Shown: piece by piece, positions 8,270-16,220 of the stretch
How positions within the stretch are numbered: position 1 is the first letter of the stretch
How the letters are laid out: each line of letters begins with the position of its first letter
Assembly (NCBI GenBank): GCA_046538155.1
Contig: JBKHJL010000023.1
Location: forward strand, 1-18,192
Origin: Candidatus Micrarchaeia archaeon
GTDB lineage: Archaea > Micrarchaeota > Micrarchaeia > Anstonellales > Bilamarchaeaceae
Direction of reading: 5' to 3'
Length of the DNA stretch: 18,192 nt
The notes under the pieces: generated by a model
Told to the model about the DNA's origin: nothing
Seen by the model: the letters and a program-made list of their open reading frames with translations, nothing else
Databases searched by the model: none
Translations under genes and position numbers: made by a program

Positions 8270-8421
8270 CCTTTCTTCCCTTTGATTTCCTTATTCTTTG
8301 GCCTGAGGTATTTTGAGCCGCACTTCCTGCACTTCTCAACCCCTCTCTTGTTCCTTGATTTGCACCGCATGCATATCCAGATGTTGTGGATTTCTTTATC
8401 TGCTTCAGGAAATTTTCCCAT
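8266..8421 (-). CDS. rpl40e: 50S ribosomal protein L40e (51 aa; not in the ORF track)
   Basis: Manual translation gives MGKFPEADKEIHNIWICMRCKSRNKRGVEKCRKCGSKYLRPKNKEIKGKKG*, matching the FPEA...IC.RC..RN......CRKCG...LRPK signature. SD GGTGA lies 5 nt upstream; the stop overlaps the convergent gene's TAA. Confidence 0.96.
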   Translation of the reverse strand: MGKFPEADKEIHNIWICMRCKSRNKRGVEKCRKCGSKYLRPKNKEIKGKKG

Positions 8422-8475
8422 TAGAATCACCAATAAATAATCATGAATTGCAGAATTAATTTAGTGTTGGAAGAG

Positions 8476-8483
8476 TTTAAATA
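8476..8483 (-). promoter_or_regulatory. Putative TATA box for rpl40e
   Basis: TATTTAAA on the minus strand, ~55 nt upstream of the ATG in an AT-rich intergenic region. Confidence 0.45.
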
Positions 8484-8492
8484 GCTGCCGGA

Positions 8493-9032
8493 TTAGCACG
8501 TCCGCCGTGCAATCTTTTGCGGAACTCTTCCCGGAACCTGGCATTTGGGGGGCACACGTTTCCTGAACCCGGAAGGTGCCCTGTTCCAGCTGCCCTTGTT
8601 TTTGCACTTGCTCAGGTGAGCTTTCCATCTGAGCTCAACTGCTTCAAGCCTTTTTACCAGTTCTCTGTCCGCTCCCTCTTTTTTCAATTCTTTTATTGTT
8701 TTTCCCAGGAGTTCCAGCTCTCTCCGCGTTTCAGGCAGCTCTTTTTCCAGCCTCCTGACCATTTTTCCCCTTGTGAATACCATATCGGGAATGCTGTCTG
8801 CAATGTATTCCAGACTGGTGTGGTATTCTCTAGTTTCAAGTTCTTTAAAGGAAGGGGACATAACGGCCGCGTCCGCAGCATTTTCGGTTTTTTGGAAGGT
8901 TCTCTGGTCCACGGGCTGCAGTGTTTCTTCTTTTCTTTCCCCGCATCTCACTATACAGAGTATTCCAATTAGTGTGGTGTACGCCACTATTCCGGTTATT
9001 GCACCAATCCTGTCTTCAACAAGCCTGTTCAT
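8493..9032 (-). CDS. Hypothetical protein with N-terminal TM/signal segment, coiled-coil and basic C-terminal tail
   Basis: IGAITGIVAYTTLIGILCIV hydrophobic stretch; heptad-like E/K/L region; TATAAA (9062-9057, minus strand) ~25 nt upstream suggests a leaderless mRNA. Confidence 0.7.
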   Translation of the reverse strand: MNRLVEDRIGAITGIVAYTTLIGILCIVRCGERKEETLQPVDQRTFQKTENAADAAVMSPSFKELETREYHTSLEYIADSIPDMVFTRGKMVRRLEKELPETRRELELLGKTIKELKKEGADRELVKRLEAVELRWKAHLSKCKNKGSWNRAPSGFRKRVPPKCQVPGRVPQKIARRTC

Positions 9033-9069
9033 TGAATATGTTCATGCGGAGTAATGTTTATAGCTGTTG

Positions 9070-9603
9070 TTATGTGGATTTTGCAGGGAATTCTGCAACA
9101 ACTGAATATTCCGCCCCGCCCCGCTTAAGAATGCTCTGCATGAGCAGGAATCTGTCCACCCGGAATTCCCCAAATTTCTCCCCATCGTGCTTACTGAAAA
9201 ATCCTGAGAAATCCGTTTTCTTTTTTACCCGGGCAAGGGTGATATGGCCTGAAAAGGGCCTCTTCTCCCGGGGAAACAGCCCGCCCATCGCCCCTTCTAC
9301 TTTTTCCGCAAGCGCATCAAGGCTCCTGCTCTTTGTTCCTGCCCATAAAACTCTCACATATTCCTTGCTGGGAAATGCTCCAATTCCTTCAACCCCAATT
9401 GAAAATGGGGAGAATTCCACATCTCCAAGCGCCTTCACCACCCTGCCCAGATTTCCTGCCTCCACTTCCCCAAGGAACTTCAGGGTAATGTGCATTTTTT
9501 CGCTCCCCACTTTCCTGAGGCCGCTGTCCGGCAGTTCTTCTTCCAGGGACTTAAGCCTTTCCTTTATTTTTCCGGGCAGCTCAACTGCAACAAAAAGCCT
9601 CAT
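9070..9603 (-). CDS. thpR: RNA 2',3'-cyclic phosphodiesterase / 2'-5' RNA ligase (2H phosphoesterase, LigT/ThpR)
   Basis: MRLFVAVELP start, two HxT motifs (HITLKFLGEV and GHITLARVK), GAFP....RVLWAG, L.QS.L...G..Y. Confidence 0.95.
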   Translation of the reverse strand: MRLFVAVELPGKIKERLKSLEEELPDSGLRKVGSEKMHITLKFLGEVEAGNLGRVVKALGDVEFSPFSIGVEGIGAFPSKEYVRVLWAGTKSRSLDALAEKVEGAMGGLFPREKRPFSGHITLARVKKKTDFSGFFSKHDGEKFGEFRVDRFLLMQSILKRGGAEYSVVAEFPAKST

Positions 9604-9635
9604 GCTTTTTTAAATGCTGGGAAAAAATAAAAACC
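9604..9635. promoter_or_regulatory. Compact divergent promoter region between thpR and pmbA
   Basis: Only 32 bp between the two ATGs. TTTAAAT at 9609-9615 (+) and TTTTATTT at 9633-9626 (-) each lie ~20-23 nt from the opposite start; no SD is present. Confidence 0.45.
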
Positions 9636-10916
9636 ATGACGGATTTTCCTTCCCCTGCTGAAATGCTGGAAAAAACAAAGTTTCCCGGAGCTGATGCAGC
9701 AGAAGTTTATTTTTCTGGAGCAAAGACGCTTTCTGTAGAGTACGGCGGAAGTTCCTACAAGAATAAGGAGGTTTCAGAAGACAAGGGATACGGAGTCCGC
9801 ACAATAAAGAACAAAAGGGCAGGCTTTTCCCATACAAATACCCTGGAAAATTTCAGCAGGGCAGCAGACACTGCTATCAGGCTCTCAGGGTTCTCCCCAA
9901 AAACAGGGTTTAGTTTTGAGCCGCCCCCTAAAAAATATCCCAAAATACAAACAACGGACACGAGGATTTCAGGGCTTCCCCTTGAACTCGCCTTTAGCGC
10001 AGTAGAGGAAATCCTTGGGGAGCTCCGCAAATACGCAGAGCCCACCCGCATTTCGGTTTCATTTTCCGAAGCATCGGAATCCATTGCAAACACCGAGGGG
10101 CTTTCTGCTTCCTGCTGTTATACGGATGTAACTTTGTATGCGGAAGCAAAAAAAGGAAAGGGTACAGGATATTTCCTGTATTCTTCGCGAATGCTCCCCG
10201 AAAGCTTCGGGGAAATAGGCAGGAAGGCAGGAAGGATTGCAAAAGCGATGGCTGCCCCTTCTTCTATTCCAACCCAGGAGATAACAGTGAAATTTTCTCC
10301 GGACATGCTCAGGTCCCTGCTGGGGTTCCTGCTTTTCAGCTTTGATGGAGATAACAAAAGGCGGGGCATCACCCGGCTGGAAAAGGGAGAAGATGTTTTT
10401 AGCCCGGATTTCACGCTTTCCAGCAACCCGATTTCGGAAGGTGACTCTTCCTGTATTTTTGACGGGGAAGGGGTTCCCTCTTTTTCCCTTCCCCTTATTG
10501 AAAATGGGAAAGTAAAGAACTTTTTTTACGACCGCCAGACTGCAGCGCTTGAAGGAGTAAATGAGGGGGGCTCCTGCCAGCGGTCTGATTATGCGTCTCC
10601 TCCATCCCCCGGACTTTCCAATCTTGTTATAGAGGAGGGGAATTTTGCAGGCGGGCCGGATGAAAGGTTCCTGGAAATAATCTCTTTCCACGGGCTTCAC
10701 ACCTCAAACCCTGTTTCCGGGGATTTTGGCGTGGATGTGGATGTTTCCTTCCTCCATGAAAATGGAGAAAAAAAGGCAGTTTCGGATATCCTGCTTACCG
10801 GCAACATATTTAATCTTTTCAATAGCATAAAGCATATCGGGAAAAAACAGTCTGTGCATGCAAACCTCATTTCCCCGGAAATATGGTTTTCCGACCTGCA
10901 CATAATAGGAAAGTGA
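9636..10916 (+). CDS. pmbA: TldD/PmbA family protein, PmbA/TldE type (no HExxxH)
   Basis: AEVY..., G.GVR.I...RAGFS, IANTEG, FDGEG, LIENG....F.YD..TA, N.VSGDF, GN...LF..I, SP.I.F. No TldD metal-binding HExxxH motif. Confidence 0.88.
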   Translation: MTDFPSPAEMLEKTKFPGADAAEVYFSGAKTLSVEYGGSSYKNKEVSEDKGYGVRTIKNKRAGFSHTNTLENFSRAADTAIRLSGFSPKTGFSFEPPPKKYPKIQTTDTRISGLPLELAFSAVEEILGELRKYAEPTRISVSFSEASESIANTEGLSASCCYTDVTLYAEAKKGKGTGYFLYSSRMLPESFGEIGRKAGRIAKAMAAPSSIPTQEITVKFSPDMLRSLLGFLLFSFDGDNKRRGITRLEKGEDVFSPDFTLSSNPISEGDSSCIFDGEGVPSFSLPLIENGKVKNFFYDRQTAALEGVNEGGSCQRSDYASPPSPGLSNLVIEEGNFAGGPDERFLEIISFHGLHTSNPVSGDFGVDVDVSFLHENGEKKAVSDILLTGNIFNLFNSIKHIGKKQSVHANLISPEIWFSDLHIIGK

Positions 10917-10922
10917 ATCTTC

Positions 10923-12926
10923 ATGAAGAAATTCAAGACTACTGAGAATGTAGAGGTGCCAAAGCGCCTTATAGACCAGGTAATCGGCCAGGAAAATGCA
11001 GTGGACATAATCAAAAAGGCAGCAAAGCAGAAACGCCACGTGCTCCTGATAGGCCCTCCGGGCACCGGGAAGAGCATGCTTGCACAGGCAATGGCACAGC
11101 TCCTTCCTTCAACCGAGCTTGAAGATGTTCTCGCTTTTGCCAACCAGAATAATGACAACAACCCCCTGGTAAAGGTGCTCCCCTCGTTCCCCGGCCTTCC
11201 CTTCCTTTCCAAGCACCCAAATTACATGAAATTCTACTCCCCTGTTGAGAGGGCAAAGATAGCAGAGCTTTCTGCATCCGGGAAAAAAGACAGGATAAGT
11301 AGTTTCCTCAAAACCAGCCTTGCAAGACGGATGTCCATGGCAACAAAGCAGGCGGCAAAAACTGCAGAGGGGGGAGGAATTTCCCCGCTTTTCCTGCTCA
11401 TGGTTGTGGGGATTATTGCAATAGCGGTTACGTTTTTCCTGGAGATTCCTGAAGACCAGAAATGGCTTATTTTTGCCGCACTTTTTGGCCTTGCAATACT
11501 CTATTTTGTCTCCAATGCGGCAATGGGGCTGTCAAAGAGGATGACTCCCCAGAAGCAGGCCAACTACAAAGTTATTGTGGACAATTCCGGCCGCAACAAC
11601 GCGCCATTTATAGATGCAACCGGAAGCAGGGCAGGCTCACTCCTGGGGGATGTAAAGCACGACCCGCTGCAGTCCGGGGGCCTCGGCACCCCTGCTCACA
11701 TGAGGGTTGAGGCGGGGGCAATACACAAGGCAAACTACGGAGTTCTCTTTATAGATGAGATTGCCTCGCTGAAGATGAACTGGCAGCAGGAGCTCCTCAC
11801 TGCAATGCAGGAGCACAGATACCCAATTACCGGACAGAGCGACCTTTCCTCAGGCGCGCTTGTGCGTACCGAGCCGGTTCCCTCGGATTTCGTGCTTGTT
11901 GCGGCAGGGAATGCCCCGGATCTTGTGCATATCCACCCCGCACTCCGCTCACGCATAAGGGGGGAGGGTTACGAGGTTTATGTGGAGGATTCCATGGACG
12001 ATACGAAGGAGAATGAGAAGAAGCTTGTCCAGTTTGTTGCACAGGAGATAAAGAAGGACCGGAGAATTCCCCACTTTACACATGCCGCAGTAAAAGAGAT
12101 AATTGAGGAGGCAAGAAGGCTTTCCGGGAGGAGAAATTCTTTTACCATGAATCTCAGGGAGCTGGGAGGCCTGATAAGGGCAGCAGGGGATATTGCAATA
12201 GACAAGAAGGCAAAGTATGTTGATTATGAGCACATAATGGAGGGAAAGAAGGTAGCGAAGCCCATAGAGGCCCAGATTGTGGGCAAGATGGTGGAGCGGA
12301 AAAAAGAGTACCAGGTTTTCTCCACTTCAGGCTATTCCGTAGGGAAAGTAAACGGCCTTGCGGTTGTCGGGGACGCCTTTTCAGGCCTGGTCCTCCCCCT
12401 GGTTGCAGAGGTGACGCCCTCAGCCTCAAAAAGCGGAGGCAGAATTATCGCCACCGGCAAGCTGGGGGTGATTGCCAAGGAGGCGGTGGAGAATGTTTCG
12501 GCAATCATCAAGAAGTACACCAGTGAGGACCTCTCAAAGAAGGACATCCACATCCAGTTTCTCCAGACTTACGAGGGAGTGGAAGGGGATTCAGCTTCCA
12601 TCTCCATAGCAGTTGCAGTGATTTCCGACCTTGAAGAGATAGCGGTTGATTCCAGCTATGCAATGACCGGTTCTCTCTCTGTGCGCGGAGAGGTCCTTCC
12701 GGTGGGGGGAATCACCGCAAAGATAGAGGCAGCCCATGATGCAGGAATAAGGAAGGTGCTGATTCCAAAATCCAATATGAAGGATGTTTACCTGAAGAAA
12801 GAGATTAAGAAGAAGATGAAACTCTACCCTGTTGAGAATATTGCAGAAGTTCTCAATCATGTTCTGAAGGAGGGCAAAAAGAAAAAGTCCCTTCTTGCTG
12901 CAATAAAGAAGCAGTTCAGGAACTGA
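10923..12926 (+). CDS. lonB: Membrane-anchored ATP-dependent protease LonB
   Basis: LIDQVIGQE, Walker A GPPGTGKS, two TM helices inside the ATPase domain, [18 protein letters not shown], Walker B VLFIDE, catalytic GDSAS, and PVGG.TAKIEAA (Ser-Lys dyad). Confidence 0.97.
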   Translation: MKKFKTTENVEVPKRLIDQVIGQENAVDIIKKAAKQKRHVLLIGPPGTGKSMLAQAMAQLLPSTELEDVLAFANQNNDNNPLVKVLPSFPGLPFLSKHPNYMKFYSPVERAKIAELSASGKKDRISSFLKTSLARRMSMATKQAAKTAEGGGISPLFLLMVVGIIAIAVTFFLEIPEDQKWLIFAALFGLAILYFVSNAAMGLSKRMTPQKQANYKVIVDNSGRNNAPFIDATGSRAGSLLGDVKHDPLQSGGLGTPAHMRVEAGAIHKANYGVLFIDEIASLKMNWQQELLTAMQEHRYPITGQSDLSSGALVRTEPVPSDFVLVAAGNAPDLVHIHPALRSRIRGEGYEVYVEDSMDDTKENEKKLVQFVAQEIKKDRRIPHFTHAAVKEIIEEARRLSGRRNSFTMNLRELGGLIRAAGDIAIDKKAKYVDYEHIMEGKKVAKPIEAQIVGKMVERKKEYQVFSTSGYSVGKVNGLAVVGDAFSGLVLPLVAEVTPSASKSGGRIIATGKLGVIAKEAVENVSAIIKKYTSEDLSKKDIHIQFLQTYEGVEGDSASISIAVAVISDLEEIAVDSSYAMTGSLSVRGEVLPVGGITAKIEAAHDAGIRKVLIPKSNMKDVYLKKEIKKKMKLYPVENIAEVLNHVLKEGKKKKSLLAAIKKQFRN

Positions 12927-14165
12927 TTATCCTGTGCGCACAAGCACGTTTTCCCCTATTGAGGTTATATGCCTGAAAGGAAGGGTGAATTTCCTTCCAA
13001 GGTAGCTCCGTATAACCACGCTTTCTTTTTTCCTGTCCACCCCGAGTATTTTACCCAGGAAGCTTCCGGAATCACTCAGAACTTCCTTTCCCTCAAGTTT
13101 CATCCCCATTATGCTCTCCCTCCTTATCACTTCTATTGCAGTGCTTGCAAGGTAGCCCAGAACCACAACGTATGCCATCACGAAAAGGAATTCCCCGAAT
13201 CCCACATATGGCGGTTCAATGTTCAGTACCCACTGGGAGCCCACGCTGAGTATAAGTGCGGTGAGCAGCACGGCAACAAGCGTCCTCGCATGCCTGGTAA
13301 TGGTGAACTTGCGGTTGTCTGAGTATGCCTCCACGCTTTTTCCGCCCAGCAGGAACAATATTCCCATGGAGAGGGGAAAGATTATTGCCTTGAAAGTGTA
13401 TGCAGCCGTCTTGACCTGGTCCAGCCCGAGGGAAACAGCCCGGGCATTTGCCTCCTGCCACATCCAGAGGGAAAGCAGGAACATGACCAATGCCGGAATG
13501 TATGATATCCAGGTGTTTTTTTCCAGGGAAACCCTGAAGTCCCTGAACCAGCCTATTATGGTATCTTCTATCCCGAAGCCCTTTACTATCAGGTAGAGGC
13601 CGATTAGCACGCCAACGAATTTTGTTTCCCAGCCCATTATGCTGGAGAGCGAAAACAGCAGTATAAATATTGCAGGTATCCCGAAAATTATTCTTGAGTA
13701 GTGCGGGTCCTTGAGCTTTTCCAGTAGCACGAAGTATGTTTTTTCCAGCTCTTTTGCCTGTTTCATTACCACGAGTTTTACTGCATCAATCTTGATTCTT
13801 GAGCGTATTACCGGAAGAAGTACCTCATCAGATGCACCATCTGAAACGAAAATGCAGGATTCTGCAGGAATCTCACTGAGTATGCGGTTCAGCTGCCTGC
13901 TTATTTCCTGGTCCGAGCGGTAGCCTATTTTTTTGTGCCCGGTAAGGGTTACAACCTCAATGTTCTTTTTTTCCTTTGCAAGCTTGTCGTAAAGCTTTAC
14001 CGCGTAGAAAATGGTGTTTGCATCCGGCTCCTCAGGGTCTGCAAGCGCAAGCTTTGCTGCAGCCTCCTGATTTTCATCCCTTCCAATCACCGGGCCGTGC
14101 ACTCTGGCCTTTTCGTAAAGGTCGTTGTCCCTGTCTATGCACAGTATCAGGAGGGGCTTTGCCAT
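12927..14165 (-). CDS. DUF373 family membrane protein fused to a C-terminal PRC-barrel-like domain (412 aa)
   Basis: The real start is probably ATG 14165 (MAKPLLILCIDRDNDL...P.IGR.....AA..LALADPEE.D.N, VSDGA.DE..LP.I.S, typical of DUF373). About 6 TM segments follow; the C-terminus is LEGKEVLSDSGSFLGKI...LPF..I..IGE.VLV. Confidence 0.88.
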   Translation of the reverse strand: MAKPLLILCIDRDNDLYEKARVHGPVIGRDENQEAAAKLALADPEEPDANTIFYAVKLYDKLAKEKKNIEVVTLTGHKKIGYRSDQEISRQLNRILSEIPAESCIFVSDGASDEVLLPVIRSRIKIDAVKLVVMKQAKELEKTYFVLLEKLKDPHYSRIIFGIPAIFILLFSLSSIMGWETKFVGVLIGLYLIVKGFGIEDTIIGWFRDFRVSLEKNTWISYIPALVMFLLSLWMWQEANARAVSLGLDQVKTAAYTFKAIIFPLSMGILFLLGGKSVEAYSDNRKFTITRHARTLVAVLLTALILSVGSQWVLNIEPPYVGFGEFLFVMAYVVVLGYLASTAIEVIRRESIMGMKLEGKEVLSDSGSFLGKILGVDRKKESVVIRSYLGRKFTLPFRHITSIGENVLVRTG

Positions 14166-14273
14166 ATTTTTAAAACCTGCTTTTCCATTTAAAAGTCTTT
14201 GGATTGCGCTTTTTTGCTGCAACCCTTTTTTAACCTTTCTTCTCCATAATGCTTCCTTATATTCGTGATTTTT
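14166..14273. promoter_or_regulatory. Divergent promoter region between the DUF373 gene and csl4
   Basis: TTTTAAAT on the minus strand (14194-14187), ~22 nt upstream of ATG 14165; TTTTTTAA on the plus strand at ~14226-14233; GTGA SD-like element before csl4. Confidence 0.4.
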
Positions 14274-14828
14274 ATGAGTGGAAAGATAGTAATCCCCGGG
14301 GAGTATGTAGGCCCCGGGGAAGTTTTTGAAGAGGGCCCGGCCACCCATCTTGTGGAAAATGATGTTTATGCTTCTGCGGTTGGCGAGGCCGATGAGTCTT
14401 CCGGCACGTTCAATACTTCTACAAAGAGGCCGGAGCTTGGCAAGGGGGACATTGTTTATGGCACTGTGCTGATGGTGATGGATTCCCTTGCTATAATCAC
14501 AATTTTTCCCGAGAAAGGGGAGAGGGACTCCCCGTTTGCACCTACTGAAGGCAAGGTTTTCATAAGGGAGATGGCAGAGGGATATGTGAAGAGTGCAAGG
14601 GATGCAATACGGGTAGGGGACATTGTGCGGGCAAAAGTAAAGGGAATTGAAGGGGACAAGGCGGAGCTTACCCTTGCCGGCCCCGAGCTTGGTGTGATAA
14701 AGGCATACTGCTCCATCTGCCGGGAGCCTCTGGAAAAAACAGGCAGGGGGCTTGTTTGCACCAACGGGCACAGGGAGCCCAGGGAAATTGCAAATGATTA
14801 CAGGAAATACGGGAAAATAAACCTGTGA
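14274..14828 (+). CDS. csl4: Exosome complex RNA-binding component Csl4
   Basis: IVIPGE.V, VYAS.VG, an S1 domain (GDIVYG.V...D.IRVGDIVRAKV), LGVIKAYC..C and a C-terminal Zn ribbon followed by E.R.IA..Y; conserved csl4-rpoL adjacency. Confidence 0.92.
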   Translation: MSGKIVIPGEYVGPGEVFEEGPATHLVENDVYASAVGEADESSGTFNTSTKRPELGKGDIVYGTVLMVMDSLAIITIFPEKGERDSPFAPTEGKVFIREMAEGYVKSARDAIRVGDIVRAKVKGIEGDKAELTLAGPELGVIKAYCSICREPLEKTGRGLVCTNGHREPREIANDYRKYGKINL

Positions 14829-14875
14829 TTTTTCAGGGTTCTGCATTAACGGAATCTGCTCCAATGGCTGAAGCA

Positions 14876-14950
14876 TATAAAAAGGTATTTATGATAAAGG
14901 ATAGCAGCGGTGCGTTTCTGCGTACCCGCGGCACATGAGGTGTGGATGTG
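14876..14950 (+). promoter_or_regulatory. TATA box and structured 5' leader of rpoL
   Basis: TATAAAAA at 14876-14883; GC-rich hairpin at 14904-14932; SD GAGGTG at 14937-14942. Confidence 0.5.
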
Positions 14951-15223
14951 GAAATTAAGCTTATCAAAAAGGAGAAAACTGAACTTGAGTTTGAAGTTGC
15001 CGGTGCAGACCCGACAATTCCTGAACTGCTTATACAGAAGCTGAATGAAGCTGCAGGGGTGGAGAATGCCGCTTACAAGGTTGAGCACCCTATTGTGGGA
15101 AACCCGAGAATTTACGTGAAGGTAAAAAGGGGCGACCCGGTTGCAGCAGTTGAAAAGGCAGCAAAAAGCCTGGGCAAGGATATAAGCGAGTTCCGGAAGG
15201 ACGTTTCCGGCATGAAAGCTTAG
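14948..15223 (+). CDS. rpoL: DNA-directed RNA polymerase subunit L (Rpo11)
   Basis: MEIKLIKKEK.ELEFEV.G...T...LL...L.....V..AAY.VEHP...P.I.V.....DP..A...A. GTG 14948 is better spaced from the SD than GTG 14942. Confidence 0.9.
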   Translation: MEIKLIKKEKTELEFEVAGADPTIPELLIQKLNEAAGVENAAYKVEHPIVGNPRIYVKVKRGDPVAAVEKAAKSLGKDISEFRKDVSGMKA

Positions 15224-15226
15224 CTG

Positions 15227-16201
15227 GTGCCCATGGACAGGGAGCTTCTTGAGAAGTATGCAAAGAACCAGTATGTCCAGATAGGGTTTCTTGCAGCTCT
15301 TCTTGCCCTCTACATTATTACGAAGCTCTCATTTTTCGGAATTCTCTTTGCAATTGCGCTTATTGGAATAGTGGCATATGAAATCTGGTCAGGAGGAAAA
15401 AGCAGAGGATGGAAGGAGGAGCTCAAGGATACTCTTGTTTCGCTTGCCTGGATACTTGTTTTCTGGCTTGCCCTGGGCTTTGTGCTGAATTCCCCGGTTC
15501 CCATAAATGCGGTTGTTTCCTGCTCCATGCTCCCGAATGTTGAGCGGGGGGACCTGATTATTGTGCAGGGGGAGGAGCCCATTGGTTATGAAGCAGAGAT
15601 TAGTCCTGACGAGCTTTCCGCACTGCAGTCCACTTCTGTTTCAGTCCACGCGGGAAGCGCCGGACAGTTTGAACTGAACGGCTCGCTGTATTCCTACTGC
15701 ACCCAGCACAAAGACAGTATCTGTAGCCTTTTTGCAGCAAACCCGGAGCTTTTTACCGAGAAGCGCGGACCATTCACTTTCAATTACGGGGAGTGTATGC
15801 GCGTTTCAGAGCAGGCTGCCCTTTCTACTCCCTGTGTAAAATCGGTTGAGTTCCGCGGCAAGACATATTACACAAACTTGTCTCATGATACTGTAGTATA
15901 CGGCCCGCCTTCCGGGGACCTATACTCCTATACCGGAGACATCATCCACCGGCTGTTTTTCAGGGTGGAGTGCGAAGGAGAAACATATTACCTTACCAAG
16001 GGGGACAATAATCCAGTATTTGATATCCAGGCATACGAGTATTCCCACATGCTGGGCAACCGTGCCCCCGCATCCGCGAATTATAAGGGAAGAATTTTTT
16101 TCCGCATCCCCTTCCTGGGCTACCCCAAGCTCTTCATCTCCGGCTTCTTCTCGGAAACGGTCAATTGCGATTCAACGCTGGAATACCATACTGTTTCCTG
16201 A
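15227..16201 (+). CDS. Signal peptidase I-like (S26, Sec11-type) membrane protein with a large Cys-containing insertion
   Basis: Three N-terminal TM segments; VVSCSMLP..RGDLIIV (catalytic Ser), IIHR (catalytic His), TKGDNN..D, and GR..FRIP.LGY.KL. The start may be ATG 15233. Confidence 0.85.
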   Translation: MPMDRELLEKYAKNQYVQIGFLAALLALYIITKLSFFGILFAIALIGIVAYEIWSGGKSRGWKEELKDTLVSLAWILVFWLALGFVLNSPVPINAVVSCSMLPNVERGDLIIVQGEEPIGYEAEISPDELSALQSTSVSVHAGSAGQFELNGSLYSYCTQHKDSICSLFAANPELFTEKRGPFTFNYGECMRVSEQAALSTPCVKSVEFRGKTYYTNLSHDTVVYGPPSGDLYSYTGDIIHRLFFRVECEGETYYLTKGDNNPVFDIQAYEYSHMLGNRAPASANYKGRIFFRIPFLGYPKLFISGFFSETVNCDSTLEYHTVS

Positions 16202-16220
16202 ATCTCCGGCCCCGGCCGTA

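Noticed and set aside
7268..8421. Ubiquitin-L40e fusion or a functional link from the stop-codon overlap
   Set aside because: L40e is stand-alone, as is usual in archaea, and convergent stop overlaps are common in compact genomes (lonB and the DUF373 gene also abut).
8422..8470. Short palindromes (tcatga, aattaatt) upstream of rpl40e as operator sites or a K-turn
   Set aside because: They are expected by chance in AT-rich DNA, and no convincing stem flanks the GA pairs.
8517..9613. Plus-strand ORFs 8517-8972, 8773-9054 and 8921-9613
   Set aside because: They are antisense to thpR and the 179-aa gene, with the F/S/L-rich composition typical of shadow frames.
10923..12926. Intein in LonB
   Set aside because: The length is normal, the motifs are contiguous, and there are no C...HN splice junctions or LAGLIDADG motifs.
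14166..14876. 237-codon N-terminal extension of the 649-aa minus-strand ORF
   Set aside because: It is the antisense shadow of csl4 plus the intergenic spacer. DUF373 similarity starts at ATG 14165, which has its own TATA-like box.
14829..14947. tRNA or other known ncRNA between csl4 and rpoL
   Set aside because: No cloverleaf, no T-loop GTTCRA and no acceptor stem; only short hairpins.
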